In this document: piece by piece, positions 26,051 through 39,451 of the stretch
Position numbering within the stretch: position 1 is the first letter of the stretch
Layout: each line of letters begins with the position of its first letter
DNA from: Octopus sinensis
Lineage: Eukaryota
Assembly: GCF_006345805.1 (NCBI RefSeq)
Contig: NC_042997.1
Location: 141,980,001-142,044,000 of the forward strand
Direction of reading: 5' to 3'
Length of the DNA: 64,000 nucleotides
The notes under the pieces: generated by a model
The model's input: the letters and a program-made list of their open reading frames with translations, nothing else
Told to the model about the DNA's origin: nothing
The model's database searches: none
Translations under genes and position numbers: made by a program

Positions 26051-27296
26051 GTAAGTATTCATGATAGGTATGGGGACATTTTATATCAGATATGAACAAC
26101 CTTTTTCTAGCAGCTAATGAGATATTTGCTCAGTATAAATTGGGCCACAAAACACACAAAAAATGAACAAACATCATATATTGTCCAGAGTGATGGGTCT
26201 CCATTGTTCAATGATGAGGAGTCAGTTATTCAATAAACTGAATTACCTGGATAGTGTAGAAGTTGCTGTCTGCCAGTAGAGAGGGAAAGAGTAAGGAATG
26301 CACGGTGCTGACTAGAAAGGATAAAGGTGGCTTCGTCCTTGCGGTTGAAAGTTTCTCTAATGTTGAGTGAAGGACAAAGGGAAGTACTGCTCTTGGTCAT
26401 AGCTGGCACAAAAGCGTAGCAATTGCAGACATGAACAGACGAGATAGAAAAACAACATGACCAAATGACAATTGCACATACAGACACAAAATATGCCTTG
26501 CACTATCTTGTCACATCAACATTCTCTTTCCTCTGTATTTTTACTTTGGTAACTCCATGTAGCGGCAGATTTGTCCATGTTTCAAATCAAGCTCTCTGTA
26601 TCCAACATGTAAATGCAACTGTTAACCAAATAAATAATGAAAATGGCAATCCTGTTCTCTGTCATTTGTTTTCCTTTGATGTCGGTCCAACATGCCTATC
26701 TTCATCTGCTACACCCAACAATGTACATTGAACCATCAACATCATCACATTTCACTACTTGTCTCACTACAACCTGCTCCTGAATTAACAAGTCTGTTAC
26801 AGGTATAATCTACTAAATGCATTTCCATACAATCTCCATCCGCTCAATTTTGCTTTTCTCATCTTTCTTTCCAAGAACTGAAACTGTGGAATTCCTTTTT
26901 TTTTTTTCCTTTTTCTGCCTACAAACATTCAAGCCGAATACTGAATGGCATTAATTTTACCAGTCTGGGAGAGCTTGTAAAGTTCATGGGCATTACACTC
27001 CATACATAATCCAATTCTCTTTCTTGACTAATTTAGCATCAGAAAGATAATGCATAATTAATTCAAAGCAATCAGAATAAATATTACATTTGGCAGAGTA
27101 ATCTAAATGCTATAGGGTTAAATCTAATGAGTTGATGCTCTCAGCAAACAACCGGAGTACGATTGTGTGTCCTGGTGAGAGTATTGCCCCAGCATGACCT
27201 CACTCTAATGACTGAAACCAGTAAAAGAATATAAGAACAAATTTTGATTCTACTACATTCATGTTTATTCTATATTTTATTTTATTTTTTTTATAG

Positions 27297-27419
27297 TTTT
27301 GTCAGGCATTGAATGAGTGTTTGGCATTTGCTGAAATGATTCCACATTTGCACCCTTCTGGCGATTCTGATGTTTCTGTTCTTGGTCTGACAGCTGAACA
27401 TCTTAAGAAGCAACGAAAG
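27297..27419 (+). CDS. HAUS4: HAUS4 exon 4 (FCQALNECLAFAEMIPHLHPSGDSDVSVLGLTAEHLKKQRK)
   Basis: tag/GTAAAT; 123 nt open, phase 0-0. Confidence 0.88.
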
Positions 27420-29394
27420 GTAAATATTATTTTAGCCCTAATAAACTTCCTCTTCCACAGCTCTTCCCACCTGCATCATTTGGTGCTTTTCCCCCAAACA
27501 TTACATCCATACTCCTTCACTTCTGATCACTTCTCCTTTCTACACCAGATACCTCCAATGCCCAGTTGCTTTTATTTTTCTTAAATATACTTGTTTTCTT
27601 GTCTTCATGCACACTAACATTGCATATCCAGCCTAACATTGTCTCATTTCTTTCCAGTCTTCTCAGTTCCTTCACATTCATTACTCTTATTTGTTATCAT
27701 AATCATAATGTCCACTTTCCCATGCTTACATGAGTCAGACACAATTTTCTAAGAGATTTTTCGATCTATTGTCGGATTCCTTTCCTGTCGCCAACTCTTT
27801 CCTCTTTCCAAGTAAGGTAATATTTCCTCATGACCAGACACGGTTTCAGATTCAGTCCCACTATGTGGACCTTAGACAAGTGTTTGCTACTGCAACCTCC
27901 AGCCAACCCATGCCTTGTGAGTGATTTGGTAAACAGAAACTGAAAGAAACCCATTGTGTGTGTGTGTCTTTGTGCCTACTTGTCTTGACTGCACACGATT
28001 GCTGCAAATGAATATCATTCATTTCCAATATTCTGCACAAAAATGTCTGCCTCTGGGGATATTATTACCTTGTCTGGAAACAGGTGTGGATTTGTGACAG
28101 AGAAAATCTGTCTCAATAAACTCCATCTGACCCATACAGGTGAGAAAAAGTAGACGTTAAAATGATGATGGTGATGATGTTCAAACTGATCATTGATGGT
28201 GGTGGTATTGACACTACCACTTCTGACAACCATTAGAAACAAAAACAAATGTATAATTATACATTAAAAGGTTTAAGGGCATCCAGCTGTAGAAACACTG
28301 CCAGATCTGGCTGGCCTGGTGCAGCCTTCGAGCTTGCCAGACCCCAGTTGAACCGTCCAACCCATGCTAGCATGGAAAGCGGACGTTAAACGATGATGAT
28401 GAATTCCAATCAACTGTTTATTGAAGGTACAGGTCGGTCCACATTTTTCTGTAAGGTACATAGGGCCAGTTTCCTGGTTTATATATTCTTCCCTGGACGG
28501 GACACCAGTCTATCGCTGGAATAGTCATTTTTGCTAGCTTGGTGAACTGGAGCAATATGAAATGTAGTGTTTTGCTCAAGAACACAGCATGTTGCCTGGT
28601 CCAGGAATGTAAACCACAATCTTATAATCATGAGTCCAATATCCTAACCACTATGCCATATGCCTCCACATTACTGAAGGTAAGGGACTGGTAGTATTGG
28701 TACAGCATTGCAGTATTTGGTTATGTTCCCTTTATTTTCTGAGCTTGACTCTTGCTAAGTTCAACTTTACTTTTCATCCTTTTTGCAGTTAATAAAATAC
28801 AAATCAAATACCTTACTTAGACTTAGACACTTCCATGTTAGACATTGTATGAGGTAGAAAAAGTATTCTATCATTGCTGCGATGCTTTTGCACTTTGAAC
28901 TCTTATAAATTGAGTTTTTTCCAGGAACAGGGTGCTAACCTGAAGCCTGACCACTTGTGTTTAGGAAAGAGACTAAGTAGAACCGTCTCTGTTGTCTGCT
29001 AGCCAAGCTCCATGAAATATAGTGTGGGCTGCCTTCAGTCATGGACATCTGATCATTGGTCTTCTTGAGAATCCTCTGCCCTGGCCATTGACTGTTGCTG
29101 TAGTTGCTCCACAGTGTCAATAACACCCCTTATACTTTAGATCACCAGCTGAGGTCATGTACCAGGGTGTAGCACTTGATGCCAACACATGAGAGATTTA
29201 GTGACAGTGATGCCCATCTACCCTACCAAGTTTAGAGCATTCTAGACACCAAAGGTACTATCCCTTCTCAGTGCCCTACACCCCACTCAGTTACTGGGGT
29301 TGATTAAATCAACTATACTCCTTGTCTCTAAAACCTTTTGATTTTATGACTATATGAGAAATCTTTATTCTGATTTTTTTTTAATTACACTTAG

Positions 29395-29497
29395 CGCCAT
29401 GAACCAATTTTGAATCGCATTCGAAGTGAAGTAGAGGAACTGATGAAGCAAAAATGCATTAACATTGCCCAATTCTATCTGCCAGGTGGTAAAACTA
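29395..29497 (+). CDS. HAUS4: HAUS4 exon 5 (RHEPILNRIRSEVEELMKQKCINIAQFYLPGGKT)
   Basis: tag/GTAAGT; 103 nt; EVEE.LK.KC..L..YY-like motif. Confidence 0.9.
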
Positions 29498-30143
29498 GTA
29501 AGTGGTTTTCTTCTTTTATTATTGTACTGGCTTCAGTTACTGGACTGTGGCCATGCTGTGGCACCATCTTCAAATGATTTTAGTCAATCATATCAGCTGC
29601 AGTACTTTATTTAAGGAATTGTTAAAATAAGCTTTAGATACATGCATGTGTGTGTGTGTGTATCTATATGTATTATCATCATCATTTAATATTCACTTTT
29701 GCATGCTTACATGGATCTGATAGAATTTGTGAGGCAGATTTTCTACAACCAGATGCCCTTCCTGTCACCAAACTTCACCTGTTTCTAAGTAAGGTAATGT
29801 TTCCCCATGACTAGATATGTTTTACATGGAAGACTGGAAACAAACAACATTGCTTGTATGACAGTGATGCTTGTTTACAACCATCACATGATTGGTGCAG
29901 GGCTGTAATTGAAAACACTTGCCCAAGGTGTCATACAATATGACTGAACCTGAGACCACATAATTGGGAAGCAAGCTTCTTTACCAAAATGATAATTTAG
30001 TTGAGGAGATGCTGTTCTGATCTAAATATACTCATTCTTCCTCTGGTAAAACAGATACATGATCAATAATTTTAAAGAGAATGATATTGGTGTTGAGGGT
30101 AAAGATGATGCACAATCATTATCATTTACTTATTTATTTTTAG

Positions 30144-30283
30144 ATAATGCTGATCTGAACCTTGCCAAAGCTTGTCAGTTGCCAGCCCTTGTTGAAGCTC
30201 AAGTTTCAGAACTAGAAGCTGAACAACAACAGCTTGAGGCACTCAAGAATGAAAAAATGTTACTTCAAGAAGAGCGATATAAA
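30144..30283 (+). CDS. HAUS4: HAUS4 exon 6 (NADLNLAKACQLPALVEAQVSELEAEQQQLEALKNEKMLLQEERYK)
   Basis: tag/GTTAGT; 140 nt; coiled-coil character; phases match neighbours. Confidence 0.88.
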
Positions 30284-30979
30284 GTTAGTATCTTCTTCTG
30301 TCCTTTGTTTTCATTATCATCATCATCGTTTAACATTCGCCTTCCATGCTGGTATGGGTGGCACTTTTAATTATACATTTCCTTCCTTCCTCTCTTCCAT
30401 CTTATACTTTGACCATGTGGTTGTTGGGGCATTCATTGATGACATCGCAACCAGATTTCACCATTTCTCCTGGTCTTCTGCTGTTCTCTGTGAGTTGACG
30501 AAATTGAGGCCTGTCCAGTTTTTGATGTTAAGCTGGGCAACAATCAGTTCAGTAAGGATTCTGGTCTGGTTGTCATCATGAATGTATCATGGACTATCAG
30601 ACATTTGAGATGTACATTTACTATTGTTGCTACTAATAATATTACCGCTGCTGTTGCTACTACTGATTAAGACAATTGGGTGCAGCTGTTTGGATGCTGG
30701 GAATTTGTCATGGCTGACTAGTTTTGGTGTCTACTTTTTAACATTGGCGGCAAACACACACATGCACACAGAAATATACACATATAAATAGAGAGAGTGA
30801 TAACAAATTATTAATTGTATATGGTTGACATAAAGACATTCCCTCTCTTCATACATATAAAAAGGAATATATATCTGTTGAAACCCTGAAGCTTGCCTAC
30901 TTGACCAGGTGTGTATGATAAATTCTGTCATTCATGAAGCAGAAGTCAACACTGTTTCAAAATAATGTAACTGAAAAGA

Positions 30980-31340
30980 AAATGACATTGGTTTATGTGA
31001 AGGCAATTTTAAAAGATGTTATGCAAAACACCAGTCTTCTTTGCAGTACATCAACAAAAGTAAAGCCACTAAGCTGGCCAGACATATTTGGGTTTGAAGA
31101 CCAACTGCTCACCAACTACAATAAAGTGAAGAATCAGGGAAAATCTATTCCATATGTAAATATCTAAGTATTGCAACTTATGTGTTACTGAAAGATTGCA
31201 AATGGTTTTTATATCCAACAATTCTACTACATGACTTAATTCCAGATCTGAAATTTTCAGCAAATGCAAGTATATGAACAAATTTATTTTGGCAAACTGG
31301 AGGACACCATCCTCTTTGGATTGAACAGCTGTCTTACAGA
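30980..31340 (+). mobile_element. Penelope-like element 3' fragment (GIY-YIG endonuclease remnant plus decayed hammerhead)
   Basis: DIGLCEGNFKRCYAKHQSSLQYINKSKATKLARHIW then KYCNLCVTE, typical of PLE GIY-YIG; hammerhead-like remnant at 31297-31337. Confidence 0.7.
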
Positions 31341-31724
31341 CTTTGGTCATCTTACCATTGAATTATTCTACAACTAATTTAAGTGTGACTTTTATGGACA
31401 AAGGGGATGTAACGCTAATTCCCCCCACCCCCCATTTTTATTCACCCTTTATCTTCTCATTCCACTTTTTACACCAAACCTTTCTTTTTGTTTATTCTCA
31501 TGTACCAGCATCCTGATTTTCAAATAGAACAAACCATATTCTCAGTGCCTGAAAATTGTTTGGAGACACAAGACATGTTATAAAAACCTACCTAACCACA
31601 TGTCTTCATGACAAGAAACTATTAGTAACTCTTATTTTAATTCAGTGTACATTAAATCATATTTATCTCTCACTGGATTGGAATACATCTTTTGTTGAGC
31701 TTACCTTAATGAACAGTAAATTAC

Positions 31725-31802
31725 ATATATATATATATTTATTTATATATACACACACACATATATATATTTATACACACACACACACATATATATATTT
31801 AT

Positions 31803-31839
<37 letters not shown>

Positions 31840-31850
31840 CACACACATGT
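31725..31850. repeat. Compound (TA)n/(CA)n microsatellite upstream of HAUS4 exon 7
   Basis: Alternating TA and CA runs; other (TA)n at about 40268, 44170-44290, 50887 and 57025. Confidence 0.9.
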
Positions 31851-31935
31851 AAATATATTTATGCACATACACATAAGAATAATGTGGTTTTACTAATGAA
31901 TCTAATTTAATCTGTTTCCCTTTTCTATTTTATAG

Positions 31936-32063
31936 ATTTTCAAAGACAGCTTGCTTGAGTTACAAAACATTTGCAACAAAAAGTTACAGCTACAAAAAGA
32001 TTTGAAAAGTACCACTTCCAAGTATTTATTATCGTATAGCAAAACCCTTCATTCAAAGCTTGC
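31936..32063 (+). CDS. HAUS4: HAUS4 exon 7 (IFKDSLLELQNICNKKLQLQKDLKSTTSKYLLSYSKTLHSKLA)
   Basis: tag/GTAAGT; 128 nt; phases consistent. Confidence 0.87.
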
Positions 32064-34359
32064 GTAAGTTTACTTACTGTCTAATTTTTGTTGGGAATAA
32101 TTAAAGACATTTATTCACAGCTTCTTAAAGCTATGGATACTGGGCAGCAGAGCTATGAAAAAGCATTACATTCAGTACGTATGAAAGAATGTTGGTTCAA
32201 TTGTTTCATTCTTTTGGAAAACAAATCACTGAATATCTAACAAGTGATTCTTATGACAGTCGACTCTTTTGATATCAACCTGTCTAACTGTCCTTAATTC
32301 TGTGATACAAATTCCCTTTTTAAGGCTTTAGGTATTCAAATTACTCTGTCAAATGTAATGCTTGTTTATTCAAATTGTTTTAAGTTAATTGTGCACTGTC
32401 TCATAGCTTTGAGATTTTAGTGATGCAATTGTTTATTTTTAAAATGACATTGTATGGTAGGTGTGACAGGCCAGATCTGGCTGGTTTGAACATAAAACAA
32501 GTCAAATATTTGGGCCAGAGATATGGCCAGTTTAAATGCTTAAGTGATCTAAATAAAAGCACCAGCTTAATGATGATAAAATTATTTTAATTAATTCATT
32601 ATTTTCAAAATTAACTGAATTAAAGGTACTATATTTCAGCATAAAACGGTTAACTATAAACATCATCATCATTTAACATCTGTTTTTCCATGCTGTCATG
32701 AGTTGGACATCATCATCATCAAAACATCCATTTTCCTCACACCGGCATGGATTGGTCAAGCCTACTGTATTACATATCATCACCCATCTCAATCTTATGT
32801 TGTCTGATATCCACTTCATTGCTTAAGTCCTGTGTCTAGAGCCTTCCTCTACCATGCTACCTTTGATTCTTGATTCATAACACTTTTTTACTTTAGGTGA
32901 CCTATTGAGTCAAGTACATCAACATCAAAATAAAAGTCAAATGGAAATTGTAGTTGTGATACTGTGCCGGTGCCAGTGCTGCCTTGACTGGCTTCTATGC
33001 CGGTGGCACGTATAAAGCACCAACCGATCATGGCCGCTGCCAGCCTCCTCTGGCACCTGTGCTGGTGGCACATAAAAAGCACCCACTACACTCACGGAGC
33101 GGTTGGTGTTAGGAAGGGCATCCGGCTGTAGAAACACTGTCAAATCAGATTGGATCCTGGTACAGCCTCCTAGCTTCTCAGACTTCGGTCGAACTGTCCA
33201 ACCCATGCTAGCATGGAAAATGGACGTTAAACGATGATGATGATGATGACTTCATTTTTCATGTCACAAGTTTTATCTTCATTATGTACTCCTTGCTCAC
33301 TAGCACATCAAAAGTCCTCTCACTCAGCCAGAGACCCCACTGCATATTTTGTGTACATATTGCTTACAATAAATACACTGTATTGACTTCCCTACCAATT
33401 CCATTCCTACATATCAAACAAGGCCACTTCTCAGACAGTATTGATGTCTTTACATAATTATCAACTGGTCTTTTAGTCATCATTGTCCTGTTGACATTGA
33501 GGCATTTTAGTTCTTGGCCATTCTTCAAAGGTTGGAATGTTTTCAGTTATTCTACTGAAGATTCTGAAGTGATAATCAGATCATTAATATTTGAAAATTC
33601 TAAGGTCCAGCGTTCTCATTCTAAAGGAAAATGGTATTAGACATTGTGAATACCAAATTTGAGACAAAAGAAAACAATTACAGACTTGCTGAGTGGATTT
33701 GAGCCACATATCCATCACTGACGAGTCTCTATGTTAATGATTGCACTATGGAGCACTTACTATTCTATGTCCTTGAATTCATCTTCATCATCATTTAACA
33801 TCCACTTTCCATGCTGGCATGGGTTGGTCAGTTATTACTGGGAACTGGTGAGCTAGAGGGCTACATTGAGCTTCGGTGTCATCTTTGGCATGGTTTCTAT
33901 GGCTGGATGCCCTTCCTAATGCCAACCACTTTACAGTGTACTGAGTGCTTTTTACATGGTGCCAGCACTAGTGAGGTTGCCATGTAACTTGGCAAATAGG
34001 AAAAGGGAAAAGCTCCCACTTTTAAGAGAATGTATTTGGGAGGGAAAGGTGGTTGTATGTCAGGTTTGACAGACTAAAGTATGATAGAGGTACAAGCACT
34101 GCACAGGTGTTTTGCTATAGAGGAGATGCATGGCTGAAAGAAATAAAAGGAAGGTAGTGATAGGGTGTTAGAGCAAATTCTCAAGGAACAAGATGAGTTT
34201 CAGAGTTCCTGGAATAGGTTATAGGTTTTGCCTCCTTTGGTCCCTAAGCCATTAAAAATAAAAATTTTTTTAAATTTAGAAAAATACATTAAAACCTTAC
34301 AAGTTTGTTCCTAATGAAAAATTACTAATTAAATTCGTTTTTTTCCTTGCTATTGCTAG

Positions 34360-34428
34360 GTTATGTAATACTGAAATAATTTATGAGACTTATAAAGAAG
34401 ACACAGTACTTGCTCTCAAGAAAATCAA
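34360..34428 (+). CDS. HAUS4: HAUS4 exon 8 (LCNTEIIYETYKEDTVLALKKIK)
   Basis: tag/GTAAGC; 69 nt; xTY...V.....I motif of HAUS4. Confidence 0.88.
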
Positions 34429-36164
34429 GTAAGCTTTTTTTGTGTTATATTTTTTACTTCTTCTGATTCTGTTATAAATGTATAATTTCAATAGCACGCT
34501 GGTCAGCTTAATTATATTTACTACACATTGGTTTGAGTGTTAGACTCATGATCATAAGATTGTTGTTTCGATTCCTGAACCAGGTGTTATTTTGTGTTCT
34601 TGAGCAAAACACCTCATTTCACATTGCTCCAGTCCACTCAGCTGGCAAAAAATGAGTAACCCTGTGATGGACTGGCATCTCGTCCAAGGAGAAATATGTA
34701 CACCAGAGAAAGCAGGAAGGTGGCCCTACACTCCTTACAGAGAAATGTGGACTAACCATAACACATATTGTATACTCTTTATTTTATCTTTTTGCCAAAA
34801 CATTTCATTTCATGTTGCTGCAGTTCATTTTCTATGCAGGCATGTGTTAGACAATTTAACAAGGATCCAACTAGTTGGAGGACAATGTCATGTTCCAGTT
34901 TCTGTTTTGGCATAGTTTCTAGAGTTGGATGGCTTTTCCTAATACCAAGCACTTTACAGAGTGTACTAGGTTTTTTTCTTTTTTTACTTTCATGCACCAG
35001 CATGAGTGATGGCACATGGCCTAGTGGAGTATGGCACTCATGATCATAAGACTGTGATGTTGATTCCCAGATGAGACATGCATTGTGTTCAGGAACAAAA
35101 TACTCCATTTCACATAATTACAGTCCACCTAGTTGTAAATAACATCCACTAATAGCTGGCATATTAACCCTGTGACAAAGTGGTGTCTCATTAAGAAAGG
35201 AATTTTGTAATTTCAGTTGCTTATATGCCATGGAAACTGGGTGAAGGTCCAGCTGTATAAGTCTTAGGGTTCATGACAGACCTTAGTCTGAATCCAACAC
35301 TAGTAAGGTGGCCTTGGATTCTGCAAGAGTAAAGAGTATAAAGGACCTCTACAACTGAAAAAAGAATTGGAGAGTGATAATTTTAGGTGAGGTGACAAGA
35401 GAGTCTAGAGTATAAAAGGAACAGCTAGTCCTATCTGCCCTTATCTAATGTGGGGTAGTCATATTGCTCTGCTTAAGCAAAATGCCAATGCTTGTCTCTC
35501 TACTATACTTTAGCTTTTCAATGCTTGACATAAATCCCCCTCCCAATGTCAAATACTCCCCACCCCCACCCCCTCGTTGTGGCAGGGTTTTCTTTTTTCT
35601 CTTTTGCAAGTTACTTAGCAATCTCACTAGTGCCAGTGGCATGGAAAATGTACCCAGTACACATTGTAAATTAGCTGGCATTAGGAAGGGCATCCAGACA
35701 TAGAAACCACGCTAAAGCTGACATCAGACCTTGGTGCAGCTCACTAGATCCTATCAAACCATTAAATTCTTACTAGCAGAGTAAACTGACATTAAATGAT
35801 GATGATGAGGAGGATGACTTCACATGAAAAACAGCTATTTGTTGACATTACTCTGTCAACAGATCGTCTACTAGTTCTGCACTTTCAAGGGTGGAAGGAA
35901 TGAAATTCCCCTTATTTGAAAAACAAGTAAGGGCTGACTGCAAGAAAGATATCTTGCAATAGCACAATGTTTCGATAACATGCATTTGTCTAACCCATGC
36001 TATCATAGAAAAGTTAATATAAAATGAACAAACGAATATTTGTTAGGAGAAAGACTGATTTTGAAAGGTAACAAAATATGGACACTTTGCAAAAAGATTA
36101 TAAGAATGTGTAAACCTGTGTGAATGATCTTCATATAAAGAATTACTATTGTTTTTATTGACAG

Positions 36165-36345
36165 AGAGCATATTGATAAAGAACTTAAAAAGGCTAAAGA
36201 ACAGAACAGGCAGGCAAATGAAGCTGTGAGTGAATATGAAAAATTGGGCCCAGAGTATACAACAAAGGTTGAGCAATACAGGAAACTGGAGCAAGAAATT
36301 GAGAGCATCAAATGGTCTCTAGATCGCTTAAAAAACTCATCTTAA
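36165..36345 (+). CDS. HAUS4: HAUS4 last coding exon (EHIDKELKK...YEKLGPEYTTKVEQYRKLEQEIESIKWSLDRLKNSS*)
   Basis: cag acceptor, TAA stop at 36343-36345; YE.LG.E......Y..L.......W.L C-terminal motif; spliced CDS is 1032 nt = 343 aa. Confidence 0.9.
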
Positions 36346-37096
36346 CTACTAAAAAAAACCCTCCTCAAAATGCTTATTAGCTTTAAGCAATTCATTGTTT
36401 TATGTAAATATATACCTTTTATTAATGCTTAATGACTAAAAGCTAGGTTTTGCCATTGCAATGGCAACTGTAAATTACTCAGTATGCCCCTTTTAAACGT
36501 AAGCAGCTTTTTTTTTTATTGTTATGATAGAAGATGGAAACTGCTGTTTAGGTGACCAAACACTTGAGAAACTAATATCTCACCGAAATATAAGATGATG
36601 CTACTGAGGATGACTGACTGTCCCAGACTCTCAGCTTCCTGATTATCCTCAGTGCTGCTGTGTTTTAGATGGTCTCGATTTTTTAGAGGTGAACCTAAGT
36701 ATCTCTTGGAACGAGATACAATTGAGTGGGTGCATGCCTTTTTTATTGACTGACCTAAAATTATTTTATTGTGGACATATGAAAAAAAAATCTTATACAG
36801 TGTACAGTTATAATTTTAATTTTAAATAAACTAATTATTATTATTGGAAATAAAATATTGTGAAATTTCATTACTGTTTTAAGTTTTATCTCTTAAATGA
36901 CTTGAAAATATTTGCTATGTATTTGTTTATTATTATTCTTTCATTTTCATATGGAATAAATGTGATAGAAAGCAAACCAGTCTATTATATATTCCATAAA
37001 TGTGTGATCGTTACCACACTAGAGAAAATGCTTAGTGGAATTTCTTTTGTCATTACATCTTGAGGTCTAATTCCACTGTTGGTGATTTTATAGGTA

Positions 37097-37626
37097 CAGG
37101 AGTGGCTTTGTGGTAAGAAGCTTGCTTCCTAACCACCTGGTTCTGGGTTCCATCCCACTGCATGACACCTTATGCAAGTGTCTTCTACTGTAACCAAAGC
37201 CTTGTGAGTGGATTTGGTAGACAGAAACTGAAAGAAGTGTGGAGGTGCGTGGCTTAGTGGTTAGGGTGTTGGACTCATGATCGTACGATTGTGGTTTCGA
37301 TTCCTGGACTGGGCGATGCGTTGAGTTCTTGAGCAAAACACTTCATTTCACATTGCTCCAGAAGTAGCCCCTTGTGGGCAGTAAAGAAATAAGAAACTGG
37401 AAGAAGCCCATCATATATATATATATTTGTGTGTCTGTGTTTGTCCCTGCAACATCGCTTGACAACCGATGCTGATGTGTTTACGTCCCCGTAACTTAGC
37501 GGTTTGGCAAAAGAGACCAATAGAATAAGTATTAGGCTTACAAGGAATAAGTCCTGGGGTTGATTTGTTCAATTAAAGGCGGTACTCCAGCTTGGCCACA
37601 GTCAAATGACTGAAATAAGTAAAAGT
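37097..37626 (+). mobile_element. SINE family A copy with a nested SINE at 37238-37392
   Basis: Family A interrupted at GAAACTG.AAGAAG, which is duplicated on both sides of the insert. Confidence 0.8.
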
Positions 37627-39197
37627 ATAATATTTATATATATAATAGACACTTCTCGTGTCATTCCTTTCAAGAGTACTTACGAATGAATAAATTTTAA
37701 AAACGAAAGGTTTTTCATTTCCAATAAGTAGAGATAAAACGATTTCCGTACTAAGGGAAATAACTTCTGCTTTAAGTAACTAGAGTTATTTCCCATAGAA
37801 TTTCGTTCTTATCTGCATTTCTTTTCTACTCTAGGCACAAGTCCTGACATTTTTGGAGAGGGAGCCAGTCGATTAGATCAACCTCAGTACGCAACTGGTA
37901 CTTAATATATCGACCTCGAAAGGATAAAAGACAAAGTCGACCTCAGCGGAATTTAAACTCAGAACGTAAAGACAGACGAAATACTGCTAAGCATTTCGCC
38001 CAGCGTGCTAACTTTTCTGCCAGCTCACCACTTACCTGCATTTAATTCAGTTGAGGGTTACTACATCCATGGATGAGCAGAACGGAATACTAAAATACTA
38101 CAATTTGCCGTTGAATTTTATTTCTCAACGAGATTTCTATGGCTACTCATAAGAAGTATTTGTCACCGCTGACGTCTCCATCTCACCGGAGATGATGCTA
38201 CTGAGGATGAGTGGTTGTCCTAGACTCTCAGCTTTTCGTTATCCTTGGTGATGTGTTTTGAATGGTTTCGATTTTTTAGAGGTGAACATAAGTCTTCCTT
38301 GGAACAGTACATAACTGAGAGGGTGCATGCCTTTTTTGTTCAGTTTTACTATTTACTTTTGTCCATTTTAATAAAACCTTTTGAGACTAAAAACGATTCC
38401 TCAACTACCAGAGACATTTATAATAAAATCCTTTACAAAATATTTCCCACCTACAAGACACAAAGATAACAATATTTTTTAATAAAATTCTTAGACTAAA
38501 AAATCATTACTACTCCAGCAGTAATGATTATCACTCGGTGGGTTTTAGCGCAATGCAAAGAGCGGTATTTTGTAATGGCCCTTCACGTTCTGCGTTTAAA
38601 TTCTGCAGTGGTCTTTGAAATTAAGTAGTAGTCAAATATTGAATTTGATTTATCGATTATATTTTACCCACAAAATTTGGACTTTGTGTTAATCTTAGAA
38701 ATATATTCTTTTCTTTTATGACATTGTTAGAAGGCTATAAATTGCAAGAAGGGCTATAAGTGGTCGAATGATTGCTAATTATTTGACTCAGGGGGCGAAA
38801 AAAAAAAGCAATGTCGATCGACGCTTTCATGATTTAAACTCATAACGTAAAAGATCCATCCAATCCATATTCTTCGTCCACTATTCCTGGAAGTGTTGCG
38901 GGGTAGCGTCCTAAGGTACCTCTTCCACACAGTCCTATCAGAAGCAACCGTCCTTACACTTTCCGGCAGGATTCCCGACTTATTCCCGCTCCCGAAACTG
39001 CTGGCCCCGTGCCAAAAATGTGAAGGGACGTAACTAAATATGGTAACATGTAATCTCACTCCGCTAAGAACTGATGAACAGCCGGAAATAAAATTTACCT
39101 TGTACTTTTTAGTACGTTTCCGTTTGTCAAAGTAAGGGGAGACAATTATCAAATTACATCTTTTCGGATCGTCGTTAATTCTTTATTATTTTCAAAT

Positions 39198-39451
39198 ATG
39201 GATCAAGTTTACGACAAAATATATGTAGGGGGATTTGAAGATGTTAAAGACGAAGAGAGCATGTCTGATGCCAAAATTACTCATGTTCTAAGTCTTCTGG
39301 ATAGGCCCCTACCTCCTGAAATCCAGAATAAATACAAATGTAAATTCATCCGTGTCTTGGACATGCCCGATGAAAACTTACTGACTTATTTTCCTGAATG
39401 TTTACGGTTTATTGACGAAGCTCGAGTAAATGGAGCTGTGATAGTACACTG
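39198..39451 (+). CDS. DUSP12: Dual specificity phosphatase 12 (YVH1), exon 1
   Basis: DSP domain N-terminus (IYVGG, ITHVLSL, D..DENLL.YF.EC..FI, VIVH); GTGAGT donor splits the catalytic Cys codon TG|T. Confidence 0.95.

Noticed and set aside
22674-26440. 49-bp match (TCTTGGTCATAGCTG...GACATGAACAGAC) at 22674-22722 and about 26392-26440, giving similar minus-strand peptides
   Set aside because: The shared terminus points to an unclassified dispersed repeat, not exons of a nested antisense gene
36600-36660. CTGAGGA motifs on both strands suggesting a hammerhead
   Set aside because: No correctly placed GAAA, stem III or UH triplet on either strand
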